A DNA stretch of 64,000 nucleotides, taken from the NCBI RefSeq assembly GCF_006345805.1, contig NC_043002.1:10416001-10480000 (forward strand), given 5' to 3'. Of this stretch, positions 43,172-54,509 are shown piece by piece. The position numbers and the translations under genes are program-made. Within the stretch, counting starts at the first letter, position 1. Each line of letters begins with the position of its first letter. The stretch is from Octopus sinensis (Eukaryota). The notes under the pieces were generated by a model. That model did not search any database, was not told where the DNA came from, and worked only from the letters and a program-made list of their open reading frames with translations.

Positions 43172-44343
43172 TATATATAGGTAAATAAGTAAATATATAA
43201 TTTTTATTCTAAAATATTTTGAATTATTACTTTTTCTAAAAATTTTCTCTATTGTTGTTAATAAGCTACGTATACTTTTACCATAGTATTACTAATTAAA
43301 CCATTTTATTTCCTTTTCTATGGTGTTCTGTCCTACTTGATTATTTTATTTCATTTCATTATTATTTTATAATTAGCCTCTATTTATTTATAAAATTAAT
43401 CTAAGTTTTGTATCTCTAAAATTTCATACATAGCTTATGCAAAACTACACTGGTATATTCACTACTTATAAAAATCAGGTTAGATTATAACTTTATTACT
43501 ATATAATTAGCATGTTCCTTTACCTCAATAGTCCTTTATTAATACCAGCATATACCAATTAATCAATATTCACAGATACCATTAGATGAGTTAGTATTTA
43601 AGTGTACAAACTGTATAAATATTAAGCTATTTCTGGATAATGTCTTTTCCTCCCTCTATTGTGGTAAGAGTTTGGTATATACTTAAAAGTATTCATAAAT
43701 TTCTATGCTTCTGTTATAATATTTTTCTTAATCCTAAACTTTAACTGTATACAATATAGCAAAATTGTTTTAAATATTTAACTATAATTCAACATGATTC
43801 CCCTGTTTCATTATCAAGGGTCTGCTAGTGGGCCACCCCCGTAATAGTCAGCTAACATCTTGTTTTAATCTTTCCTTTAGCAAACCTTATGATATTGCTT
43901 CTAATAAATCTTGATTTGTATGACTATACCAACTATGATTCCTGTCTGCTCCCTCAGCCCTATCCCTACCAGATACTGCTCTCTGTTCTCTTAGCCTTAG
44001 ATGTACAAGGATTTGATAAACTAGTCAATAAATTAAAACTGATCCCATAAAAACAAAAAAAAATCAGTGACTAGCAGAGTCTGTAACAAGGTATATCTTC
44101 TTGATAACTTAGTAACTTCTATGCTGGAGTGGAGAAAGCATGTTCTTTGTTTATCTCCTTAACTTCTTGGAAGTTTTAGGTATAATTATACTAACGTGTC
44201 CATCTGTTCTAATTTAATTAAATTCTATGTCTTTGTGCAGCTGAGGATTGCTCTGCATTTTAAATTGATGTAATGATTGCATTGTTCAATTAAATAGTGT
44301 GGCATGAAACGATCACATTGCATTGCCTCTGGATATACTTGTT

Positions 44344-44382
<39 letters not shown>

Positions 44383-44439
44383 TATACGTATATATACATA
44401 TATATACGTATATATACATATATATACGTATACATACAT

Positions 44440-44479
<40 letters not shown>

Positions 44480-44632
44480 TGTTGAAATTTATATAAAAAC
44501 AAAAGATGAAGACAGGTGTATAAACAACAAACAGGTGTATTAGTTTAATGCTCGGGAAGGTGAGAAAGTCTTTTCCATTTCGAGCCTAGACTCTTCAACA
44601 GAAAGGTACACGAGGAAATAAACAGAGAGAGA
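44480..44632 (-). mobile_element. Solo putative PLE terminal repeat with decayed variant hammerhead motif
   Basis: Homologous to 52730-52900; minus strand tttctgttgaagagtctaggctcgaaatggaaaaga. Confidence 0.6.
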
Positions 44633-45257
44633 ATATATATGGATATATGCAGTTACACACACACGTGTGTCCGTGTGTGTGTGTTTCTGTGTGTAATTGT
44701 GAATGAATCAGTTTACATGAAATCATATTCAACCACACTTACAGAAACCCGTATCTGCACATTTACACACATCTGTATCTATGTGTCTGTGTGTGCCTGC
44801 GTGCAGGATTTCAAATGTAATCTCTATTATTAGGCACAAGAAAAGACGCAAATAACATTGTTTATGTAGCTGCTCAGTATCTAACTGAAGTACTACAGTA
44901 TGTTGGAATGTAAACGAAGAGAGAGAGAGAGAGAGAGGGGGGGAGAGAGAAAAACAGATAGACAGAAAGAGAGAGGAGAACAGATAAGAGAAGCCACAAG
45001 TAGAAAACATGAATAGAGATGGAGAGACAGTGAGTACGACTCTATGCAAAAATTTCAATGCCTAAAATTTCAAGCATACATTCCATTCTGTTGAAGTTTT
45101 AAATTATTATTGACGCAAACAAGAGTGTTTCTATAGAACGCCGGCGCCATTTGAATGCATCTGTATGTAACGAGGCTACCATTGGAATGGGATTCCACGT
45201 GATAAAAGAGACAACGTTTCTCAATTGTAAACACCTGGGTGCATGCACAAACATCAA

Positions 45258-45788
45258 TTACTCTTTACTCTTTACTCTTTTACTTGTTTCAGTCATTTTG
45301 ACTGCGGCTATGCTGGAGCACCGCTTTTAATCGAGCAACTCGACCCCGGGACCTATTCTTTGTAAGCCCAGTACTTATTCTATCGGTCTGGTCTCTTTTG
45401 CTGAACCGCTAAGTGACGGGGACATAAACACACCAGCATCGGTTGTCAAGCAATGCTAGGGGGACAAACAAACTTTGTAAGCCCAGTACTTATTCTATAG
45501 GTTTGGTCTCTTTTGCTGAACCGCTAAGTGACGGGAACATAAACACACCAGCATCGGTTGTCAAGCAATGCTAGGGGGACAAACACAGACACACAAACAC
45601 ACACGCACATACATATATATATACATATATACGACGGGCTTCTTTCAGTTTCCGTCTACCAAATCCACTCACAAGGCTTTGGTCGGCCCGAGGCTATAGT
45701 AGAAGACACTTGCCCAAGGGGCCCAAGGTGAACCCAGAACCATGTGGTTGGTAAACAAGCTACTTACCACACAGCCACTCCTGCGCCT
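45258..45788 (-). mobile_element. SINE group 3 with internal tandem duplication of about 115 bp
   Basis: ctttgtaagcccagtact...ggggacaaac occurs at about 45357 and 45473. Confidence 0.88.
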
Positions 45789-46088
45789 ATTACAGGCGCA
45801 GCTCTTCATTTCTTTCACCAGTAATTCCAGATATACAGAAAACTGAAAGCGTTAAGTCTGTCTAGCCAAAATATAAAAAATAAACACTCAAGATTCGTTA
45901 CATGCAGAGATTTCCATTTATAACTGAGAAGTATAGCAGATATCATTACTTGTGCCAAATATTATGGACTGGTCAGATTTCATATGTACACAACTAAATC
46001 TTCAGTTCTATATTTAAGAGATGAGAAATTATGTACATTATTTACATTATCTACATTTGACGGATATTTGTCCACATCTTGTTTGTTG

Positions 46089-46134
46089 TTAACAACGTTT
46101 CGGCTGATATACCCTCCAGCCTTCGTCAGGTGTC
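46089..46134 (-). ncRNA. Second hammerhead motif on the opposite strand, helix I weakened
   Basis: gacac-CTGACGA-a-ggctg...cagcc-GAAACGTT-gttaa; only about 2 bp of helix I. Confidence 0.55.
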
Positions 46135-46187
46135 TTGGGGAAATTTCGAACCTTAGGATTGAGAACCCAGGTTCGAAATTTCCCCCA

Positions 46188-46233
46188 AACACCTGATGAA
46201 GGCTTGAGGGTATATCAGCCGAAACGTTGTGTT
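46188..46233 (+). ncRNA. Minimal type I hammerhead ribozyme motif (PLE-type)
   Basis: aacac-CTGATGA-a-ggct...agcc-GAA-ACGT-T-gtgtt: 5-bp helix I, 4-bp helix II, palindromic helix III, predicted cleavage after GUU at 46228. Confidence 0.75.
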
Positions 46234-46942
46234 AACAACAAACAAGATGAGGACAAATATCCGTCAAATGTAAATAATGTAAATAATGCACCATCAAATG
46301 TTAGTTTCAAATTTTGTCACAAGGTCACCAATTCCAGAGCGTGAGTGAGGCAATTACATCGACTCCAGTACACAGTGCAAGCTATTGACACTGAGACCAA
46401 GCTTAAAGCTTAAAGTATAAATAATCAGTAACTATAGATATATCATTGTCTAACATCATTGACTTAACAAAGTGTTCTGCAGTTAAGGGAATAAATTCGA
46501 GACAGTTTGGTGTGCTGCTTAACCACTGATCTGAAAGGAATAAAGTTTAAAAAACCCTAAAAGAACTTATTTCGAAATACCTACAATTGTTGGCCAAAAT
46601 ATTACGGCAAACAGCGTCCATGAATTGGCAAAAGTTGCTGGCGCTTCCAAGGAATAATCCCAACTAGAAATCAATAAACGCTGATGAGGACCGGAAAGAA
46701 ATGATTCACTATTCTATAGAATTCTTTAAATCCTATGAAACTTAGGATCTACCGCCACAAAGATTGTAGCAGGAAAGTGACCCTCGAGCATGCTGCTGCG
46801 TAATTAAAATTCACCGTGGTTATGCAAAGGCTTAACCACAATTAAGGATTAAGAATCTTGTATCACATGTGGTCGAGACTACTATTCTCAATGGTTTCGC
46901 CAACAGAGAAAATATAGTGATACACAGCATGATACTCATACC

Positions 46943-47162
46943 TATTTCTTTATTACCCACAAGGGGCTAAACACAGAGCGGACAAACAAGGACAGACATA
47001 GGTATTAAGTCGATTACATCGACCCCAGTGCGTAACTGGTACTTAATTTATCGACCCCGAAAGGATGAAAGGCAAAGTCGACCTCGTCGGAATTTGAACT
47101 CACAACGTAACGCAGACGAAATACCGCTAAGCATTTCGCCCGGCGTGCTAACGTTTCTGCCA
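46943..47162 (-). mobile_element. SINE group 1
   Basis: Homology; flanking direct repeat actcatacc. Confidence 0.9.
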
Positions 47163-47778
47163 ACTCATACCGACAAATGTGCCCTTTCACTGTAGATGGG
47201 GCGCAAATTAGCAGAAATTGTATCTTCAGACAAAATGTTTCGTACTATTTGTCGGACCCTATGCACTGTGTGTTAAAATCTCACCGAAGTCACTCTGGCT
47301 TCTACACGTTATAAAAATAATGATTACATTTCCATCGATGGATCACTTGAGAACATTGCAATTTCTACTAATTTTCAAATTATTGTAGGAAATATAGAAA
47401 GAATAAAAAATACAACTTTATGTTCAATAATACATTGAAATAGAATATATCAATTTTCACATCCATTTCATATAATGTTCTTTTTAATGGGATTCAATTA
47501 GGGTCTATATCATTCACAGAATTAAATTATAAAAAAATTACCTTAATCTTGAACGGGAATCTGTAGCACAGTGCATTAGAAATTAAATGTTAGAAATGCA
47601 AAAGAAAATAGTTTCATTTCTTATATGGAAGATAACATTTCAAAAGAAGCCCGATAATGTTTCGAACGCACAAAATGTCTTCATTAAGAAAAATTCTTAT
47701 GCACTTATGTTTACCTTTCAGCCAAAGCATTCGTGAGAATTCTTTTACTCCTACAACGCAAAAACACGCACACCACAC

Positions 47779-47779
<1 letters not shown>

Positions 47780-47809
<30 letters not shown>

Positions 47810-48145
47810 GTATATATATATATATATTATATATATATATGTATATATTATATATATATACATACATTCATATATAATGTATGTATATATATATAATTAT
47901 ATATGTATATATATATATATATGTATGTTTATAGATATCTATATATATATGTATGTATATATATATATATATGTATGTTTATATATATATATAGTATGTA
48001 TATATATATATATATGTATGTATATATATATCTATATATATATGTATGTATATATATTATCATGTTATGTATATATATATATATATATGTATGTATATAT
48101 AATATATATATATGTATGTATATATATATTATATATATATATTAG

Positions 48146-48177
<32 letters not shown>

Positions 48178-48361
48178 ATGTATATATATGTATATATATA
48201 TATATATGTATGTATATTTATATATTATATATATATATATATATATGTATAATATATATATATGTATATATATATGAATTATATATATATATATGTATAT
48301 AATATAATATATATATATATATATGTATAGATATATATTATATATAATATAGTATATATAT

Positions 48362-48396
<35 letters not shown>

Positions 48397-48412
48397 ATAT
48401 ATGTATATATAG
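47780..48412. repeat. Very long interrupted (TA)n/(TATG)n tract
   Basis: Direct reading. Confidence 0.95.
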
Positions 48413-48759
48413 ATCAATAAATGGTGGGGTTGTGTTGACCGCACGTGGAGAAATGATAAGTAAGGGAAAATTTTTTTAAAATGCAGAATGCTCAAATGAA
48501 AGAAAATTTTAATAAAATGAGAAAATGATATAAAATATATAAATATATATTTATTCAACCGTTTTCGTCATTGTATGACTTGTCAAGAATATTTATGTTT
48601 TAAGAAGTATTTTAAAAATTAGAAAGGGAAAAAAAAAAAGAAAATTGCATTGTTTTTGTAAAAGAATAATGATAAAAATGTACAAAAATTAAAAATAAGT
48701 TCTCCGATACATTGTGAGTTCGTTGTGTATCTTGAGTTTTATGGTTGTTTACAAAAATT

Positions 48760-51700
48760 ACCTTGAGGTGTTAAGATCCAAAGGGATTAAGAGCATGTGA
48801 TGTGTTGTGTTGTTAAATTCAGCATGTTGCAGGACAGGAAGTAGTAGTAATTGTGGTCCTGGTTCTTCAGTTCCTGTGTTGTGGGTAAGGGGAGACAACT
48901 CTTTTGAGTTCTTCAATAAAACCCAAATTATAAAAACTATCATTTTAGCTTCATTTGCATTATCTTTTTATATAATTGCTTGTTAACTTAACTTTCAGAT
49001 TTTAACACTTTATTTATATTATTTTCTAATATAAATCTGCATAGACAATTGCATTTCAAATTGTCATATCATTTATAATAAAAATGATAGTAATAACAAC
49101 AATAGTAAAAATGATATTTAAAGAATATAAGTTTTAGCTTGAAGTGATGAATGCATGGTATCTTTATATATTTGTGTTAGTCCATCCATGAAGAGTGAGG
49201 TAGAGAAAGGAAGTTTGATCAACGAGGAGTTTGCATATTAAGTTGTGTTTGGAATTTTTCAATAAAGAGATTCTCCTTGTTAATTCTCTCCTGTGTGGTG
49301 ATCCCGTCTTTACATTGGTAGAAGGGGAATATATAGAATTTGGGGTTTAAGTCTTTAGCACATGAGTCTAAGTGGTCACTCAGTGGAATTTGTCGGTATT
49401 CCGGAGATTTATTTGTTCTTTATGCACCGTTACTCGTTTACGTAACGGGAGACTCGTTTGTCCACATAATTATGTTGGCAACCAGCGCATGTGAGAACGT
49501 AGATAAGGTTCTCGGAGGAACAGGAGAAGTTAGTCTTGATTTTAAACTTCGTACCTTGTTTGAAGGTAAATTCAGAGCCTTCAAGTAGAAAGGGGCAGGT
49601 ACCACAGTTTGAGCGTGCACATTTTTTTACTGTTGGGGGTGGATGTGGTGTGTGAAGTTTGGCATTTGTCAAGAGTTTTTTTAAAGATTTGTGTTGCCTT
49701 TTGCATTTGAGGATTTTGTGTGTATTTATAATGTTTTTCATTTTTGGGTCTGTTGACAGTAGACTGAGGTTTTGTATGATTGTGGTGTATGCTTCGATAT
49801 TTTTGGGGTTGGGGTGGAAATGTATGGAAGTATTTTGAGGTTGTGTGTGGTGTTAGGTTGGGTGGTTTTCAGTGTAGTGTTGTCTAGTTCTTTGGCGCGT
49901 TTTATTCCATACTCTATAAGGGTGGAGGGGATATTGACGTTGTAATAGTGTTTTTTTTGAGGTCTTGAAGGCGTATTTCTCGTGTTTTGGATCCGAGACA
50001 ATGGTGCATACCCTTTTAGCTAAATTGAAAGGGATATTTGTCTTGGTGTGTTTGGGTGGCATGAACTAAAGAGGAGGTATTGTTGTGAGTCTGTAGGTTT
50101 GTGGTAGATGTCTGTTATGATTTGGTTCTTAGGTGTTTTTATAATTAGGAGATCAAGGAATGGGAGATGATGTTTGCTTAATTCCATAGTGAATTGGATG
50201 TTGGGATGTATGTTGTTTAGTATGGTTTTGAATTCCAGGAGTTTTTCATAAGGTTCTTTCCATATGATGAAACAATCATCTAAATACCTTTTCCAGTTTT
50301 CCATTAGGTAGGTGTGGAAAACATGTCCAATTTCTGGCTTGATATTTCATAGAGTGACAGTTCGAAGTAACCCATTATGAGGTTCGCAAGGACTGGTGCA
50401 GCCTTGGTACCCATCGCAATGCCACATTTTTGACGGTAGTGTGTGTCGTCGAAGAGAAAAAAATTGTTTGTCAGAATGAACTAAGAGATTCTGTAATAAA
50501 AGACTTGTTAATGCGGTCAGGGAATGTCTCTGGGTGTTTTTTTCAATTGCCTCTATACCATACTCGTGTGGAATGTTGGTGTAGAGGTTGATGACATCAA
50601 AGGATACCAGGAGTGCCTCCTCGTTAACTGTTTTCGGGAGGGTGTTTGAGCATGTCCAGATCATCCCTAATGAAACTTTTGATGTGGGTAAGGAAAGGTT
50701 TCAAAAGGATGTCTAGGAAGTTACTCAGGCGGTGTGTTTCACAGGAGGTACCAGCCACGATGGGCCTTAGTTTTAGGTCCTCCGGTGCTTTGATGTTGAT
50801 GTGGATGTCAGTGGAGAGTTTGCAGGCTTCGGTGATGTATTGTTTTTATGGATTTTAGGAAGGCCATAAAAAAGGCTGGGCTTGCATTTGAAAATGGTGA
50901 TATAATCCCTTTCTTTTTCTGTGAGTCCCTGACCGTGTTGGCGTATGAGTGTGGTGAGGTTTCTGATTGTTTTTTGCTGTTTGTAGTTGTTAATAACCTC
51001 ATAGAAAATGTTATTGTTAAGCATGGAGAACACTAGGTGTTTATAAAATTCCGTGTCCATAAGGACCACAGCACTCCCTTTGTCCGCTTCTTTGATGGTG
51101 AGGTTTTTATCCAGTTGTATGTCACGTAGGTTTTCCCATTCTTCCTTACTGAAATTGGATTTTACCTTGGTTTTGCTTGGGGTAAAGGGGAGACTCTGGA
51201 TGTGTTTACAGAAATCGTCCAGTGTTTTATTTCTCCCTTTTGGTGGTAGGAAGTTGCTTTTATTTCTGATCAATGAATCGTCCCCATTGTTGATATCTGT
51301 CAAAGCTTCTGTTAGGCGAAGTTTTCTGCAGAATTCAGAAACGTCATCCTTGGGTGTTCTTGGGGTGGGTGTGAATTTCAAACCTCTTGCTAGGATGTTG
51401 ATTTGGGTTGGTGTCAGTGTTTTGCTGGAGAGGTTTATAATTTTTGTTTTCTTATTTTGGGTCTGTGTTAGCGGTGGTGTTTGTATTTTTCCCCTCTGTC
51501 TAAAAAATGGTTGTTGAGGTAAGGGGTGTATTCTTTGTTAAAGTTCTGGTTGTATGTGTAGGAGTGTTTTTGGGTGGGGAGGTTGGAGGGGGGTAGGTAG
51601 TTGTCGTATTTGTGTTGGTATGGGATGCGATGGTGTAAGGATTTGTGAGAAATGCGATGGGTTTGTGGGTGTGTGACTGGTAGATTGTATGGGGGGATGT

Positions 51701-51900
51701 AGGGGGTATGTAGTTGTGGTGATTGGGTTCGTGTGGGATGTGAGGGTTTGGAGATCTGTAGGAGATGTGGTAGGAATGTGGTTGTTGGATGGGTGGACTA
51801 TAGGGGGTTCGTTGGGTGGGTCTTATATGTATCGGTGTGGGTAGGATGCCTTGTTTGTTATTAGTGTGAGGGAGGGGAGCCTTGAGGGGGGGATAATTTC
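48760..51900 (-). mobile_element. Near-complete decayed Penelope-like element (Neptune-like): RT, Cys motif, GIY-YIG
   Basis: KFTPTP, KEADKGSAVVLMD, FYGLPKIHK, VSFDVINLYTNIP, RYLDDCF, PFLDLLI, HKPTDSQQYLLFSSCHP, CARSNCGTC, CSSENLIYVLTCAGC; many frameshifts; ends approximate. Confidence 0.9.
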
Positions 51901-52021
51901 TAGTGTATGGGAGGTTCTTGAAGGTTCTAATCGGTGGGGGAGGGGTGGTAGAGTGAGTTTGTGAGTAAACTTGGTAGTCGGAAATTGAAAGAAGCCTGTC
52001 GTGTGTGTGTGTATATATATA

Positions 52022-52335
52022 TCACCGTGATCACCGTGACCGACCAGGCTATCAGATGTTGCTACACATCGCTGGTCACAATGCGCTTCGCATTGTTTTA
52101 GCCTTCAAGTGGCGCCACCCCGCTGGCTAGGCGAGCAGGCCAACAGAAGAAAGAGTGAGAGAAAGTTGTAGCGAAAGAGTACAGCAGGGACCGCCACCAC
52201 GCCCTGCCGGAGCCTCGCGGAGCTTTAGGTGTTTTCACTCAATAAACACTCACAACACCCGGTCTGGGAAACGAAACCACGATCCTACGATCGCGTGTCC
52301 GCTACCCTAACCACTGGGCCATTGCGCCTCCACAC
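52022..52335 (-). mobile_element. SINE with group 2 head and a different tail
   Basis: Head matches 17615; diverges after ctctcactct. Confidence 0.85.
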
Positions 52336-52619
52336 ACATATATATATATATGTACATACATATACATATATATATATCAATATCCCCCTCATCTCTTCTC
52401 CCTCCTCCTCCCCTCTCCCCCTCATCTCATCTCACCCCCCTCTCACCACCCTCATCTCTCCTCCCTCCTCCTGCCCTCTCCCCCTCATCTCCTCTCTCTA
52501 CACTACACCATACGACATTACACTTCACTTCATACATACATACACACGTCCAGACCTCTCATACGCACATACATACTCTCTCATACACACACGCACCCTT
52601 ATGTTGGGGCGAAGTCATT

Positions 52620-52905
52620 TGACCCTGTTATCTCCCCTACTTTCCCTCTTGCGTCTAACGTCTGATCTCTGACTTCTGGCCGAAATCAGACCGCCATGTT
52701 GATTCGTTAGCTCTTGCACTCATTTTTTTTCTCTCCTTGTTTCTCTCCGTGTTTCTTTTCTGTGTTTCTTTCTGTTGAAGAGCGTAGGCTTGAAACGTAA
52801 AAGACTTGTTTTATTTCTATTCCTGAGCGCCATACTAATACAATTGTTTGTTTGTACTCCACCTGCCTTCGTCTTTTGTTTATTTTCATAAAGCTTCCCG
52901 TTATA
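52620..52905 (+). mobile_element. Putative PLE terminal repeat containing a variant hammerhead motif at 52767-52804
   Basis: tcttt-CTGTTGA-a-gagc gtag gctt-GAA-ACGT-A-aaaga; second copy at 44480-44632. Confidence 0.6.
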
Positions 52906-53325
52906 TTTGTGCGTGTATCTTTGTGTCTGAGTTTGTACGCCCATCATCGCTTGACAACCGATGTTGGTGTGTTTACATGCCCATAACTTAGCGGTTCAGC
53001 CACAGAAACGGATAAAATAAGTACTAGACTTGCAAAATATAAAACCTGGGGTCGATTTCTCCGACTAACACTCATCAAGGCGGTGCTCCAGCATGGCCGT
53101 AGTGAAATGACTGAGGCAAGAAAAGAATAAAAGAATGTGTGTGTATTTGCGGGTGCTCACGCGCGTGTGTGTGCATGTGTGAGCAATAAAGAAATAGTGT
53201 GTGCATGTGTGAGTATGTGGGCGTGTGTATGTGTGTGTTTGCTTACGCGCATGTGTGCACATATGTATGTGTGTGTTGTACCTGAGCGTGTAGGTGCGTA
53301 TATAGGTTTGAGAGGATGTGCGTGC

Positions 53326-53365
<40 letters not shown>

Positions 53366-53589
53366 ATGAATGTATGTAAGTAAGTATATTGAAAATGCGG
53401 TGACAGACATAAATCAGTGGAATGTAATTGACCAAGGTAAAGAAGAAATGTATATTTAAATAACATACACTATTATATCTTGATTTATTGGTATTATTTC
53501 GCCTTTGAAAGAGAAAGAGAAAGTTAGAAAGAGAGAGGGAACGAGGTCTAATGATATATATATATATAATATATATATAAATAAATATA

Positions 53590-53831
53590 CACGTCGTATA
53601 TATGTATATATATATATGTGTGTGTATTTGTGTGTCTGTGTTTGTCCTCCTAGTATTGCTGATGAACAACCGATGCTGGTGTGTTTACGTCCCCGTCACT
53701 TAGCGGTTCGGCAAAAGAGACCGATAGAATAAGTACTGGGCTTACAAAGAATAAGTCCTGGGTCGATTTGCTCGATTAAAGGCGGTGCTCCAGCATGGCC
53801 GCAGTCAAATGACTGAAACAAGTAAAAGAGT

Positions 53832-53832
<1 letters not shown>
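53590..53832 (+). mobile_element. SINE group 3, second body and tail only
   Basis: Homology. Confidence 0.85.
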
Positions 53833-53890
<58 letters not shown>

Positions 53891-54000
53891 TATGAAATGT
53901 AAAAGCCGGACTAGACTATTTTATGCACAACACCATTGTCTCCGAGACAAAGGGATGCCAACAACAATATATAAATAAATATATATAATATATAATATAT

Positions 54001-54505
54001 ATATATATATAAAACTCTAGTTGTGTGAGTGTCTGTCTCCTTCGATTTAGATTCCTAACTCCTCCCACATTCTGCGGTGCAGTTTAACTAAATTCGGTAT
54101 TATTATAGTCGTGATTCATATCGAGCCCGTCTGACTATTGGCGGGCGTCAACGATGAGTCTACGATTTTAAAAATAATTTAACATCATTTTTTTTCCATT
54201 TTAATGCATAAAATGCATCGTGTGTCGATGGCGGCGGAGTTGGCGTCCACGCTCACAGCTGCACCTGTTTGCTTCTCCCCCTTCCCTCCCTCGTGAAGCT
54301 GTGGGGAAGGGAGTGTAAAGAAATCAACGTCGTAATGCGTTGTGAAGGAAACCAAGCGTTCTTTTAGAACAACGACTTCATGGCTTGAAGACACCAAAAC
54401 AAAAATGGCTAAGAAAGCCCGAATTTATAAGGGAAGTAACTCTCTAAAAATGCTTATATAGTTATTTCCCTTACAAACCGAGCAAACGCCGGGCGATACT
54501 GCTAG
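54001..54505 (+). mobile_element. Non-autonomous Helitron
   Basis: 5' tatatataaaa motif; 3' GC-rich hairpin ccgagcaaacgccggg followed by CTAG and then T; no TSD. Confidence 0.7.
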
Positions 54506-54509
54506 TATA

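Larger units (their letters stand above)
46036..46288. repeat. Fold-back hairpin, arms about 118 bp, 15-nt loop, hammerhead motif in each arm
   Basis: Arms 46036-46153 and 46169-46288. Confidence 0.92.
51955..53132 (+). mobile_element. SINE group 3 split at its internal microsatellite (halves about 51955-52021 and 52905-53132)
   Basis: First half ...gaaagaagcctgtcgtgtgtg; second half tttgtgtctgagtttg...gcttgacaaccgatg...aagaataaaaga. Confidence 0.7.

Noticed and set aside
46678-46705. CTGATGAggaccggaaaGAAA hammerhead-like string
   Set aside because: Helix II partner strand and helix III are missing; at most a decayed relic
41377-48558. Many long ORFs rich in I/Y/N/L/V/C
   Set aside because: Translations of ATT, TA and TG microsatellites; no coding evidence
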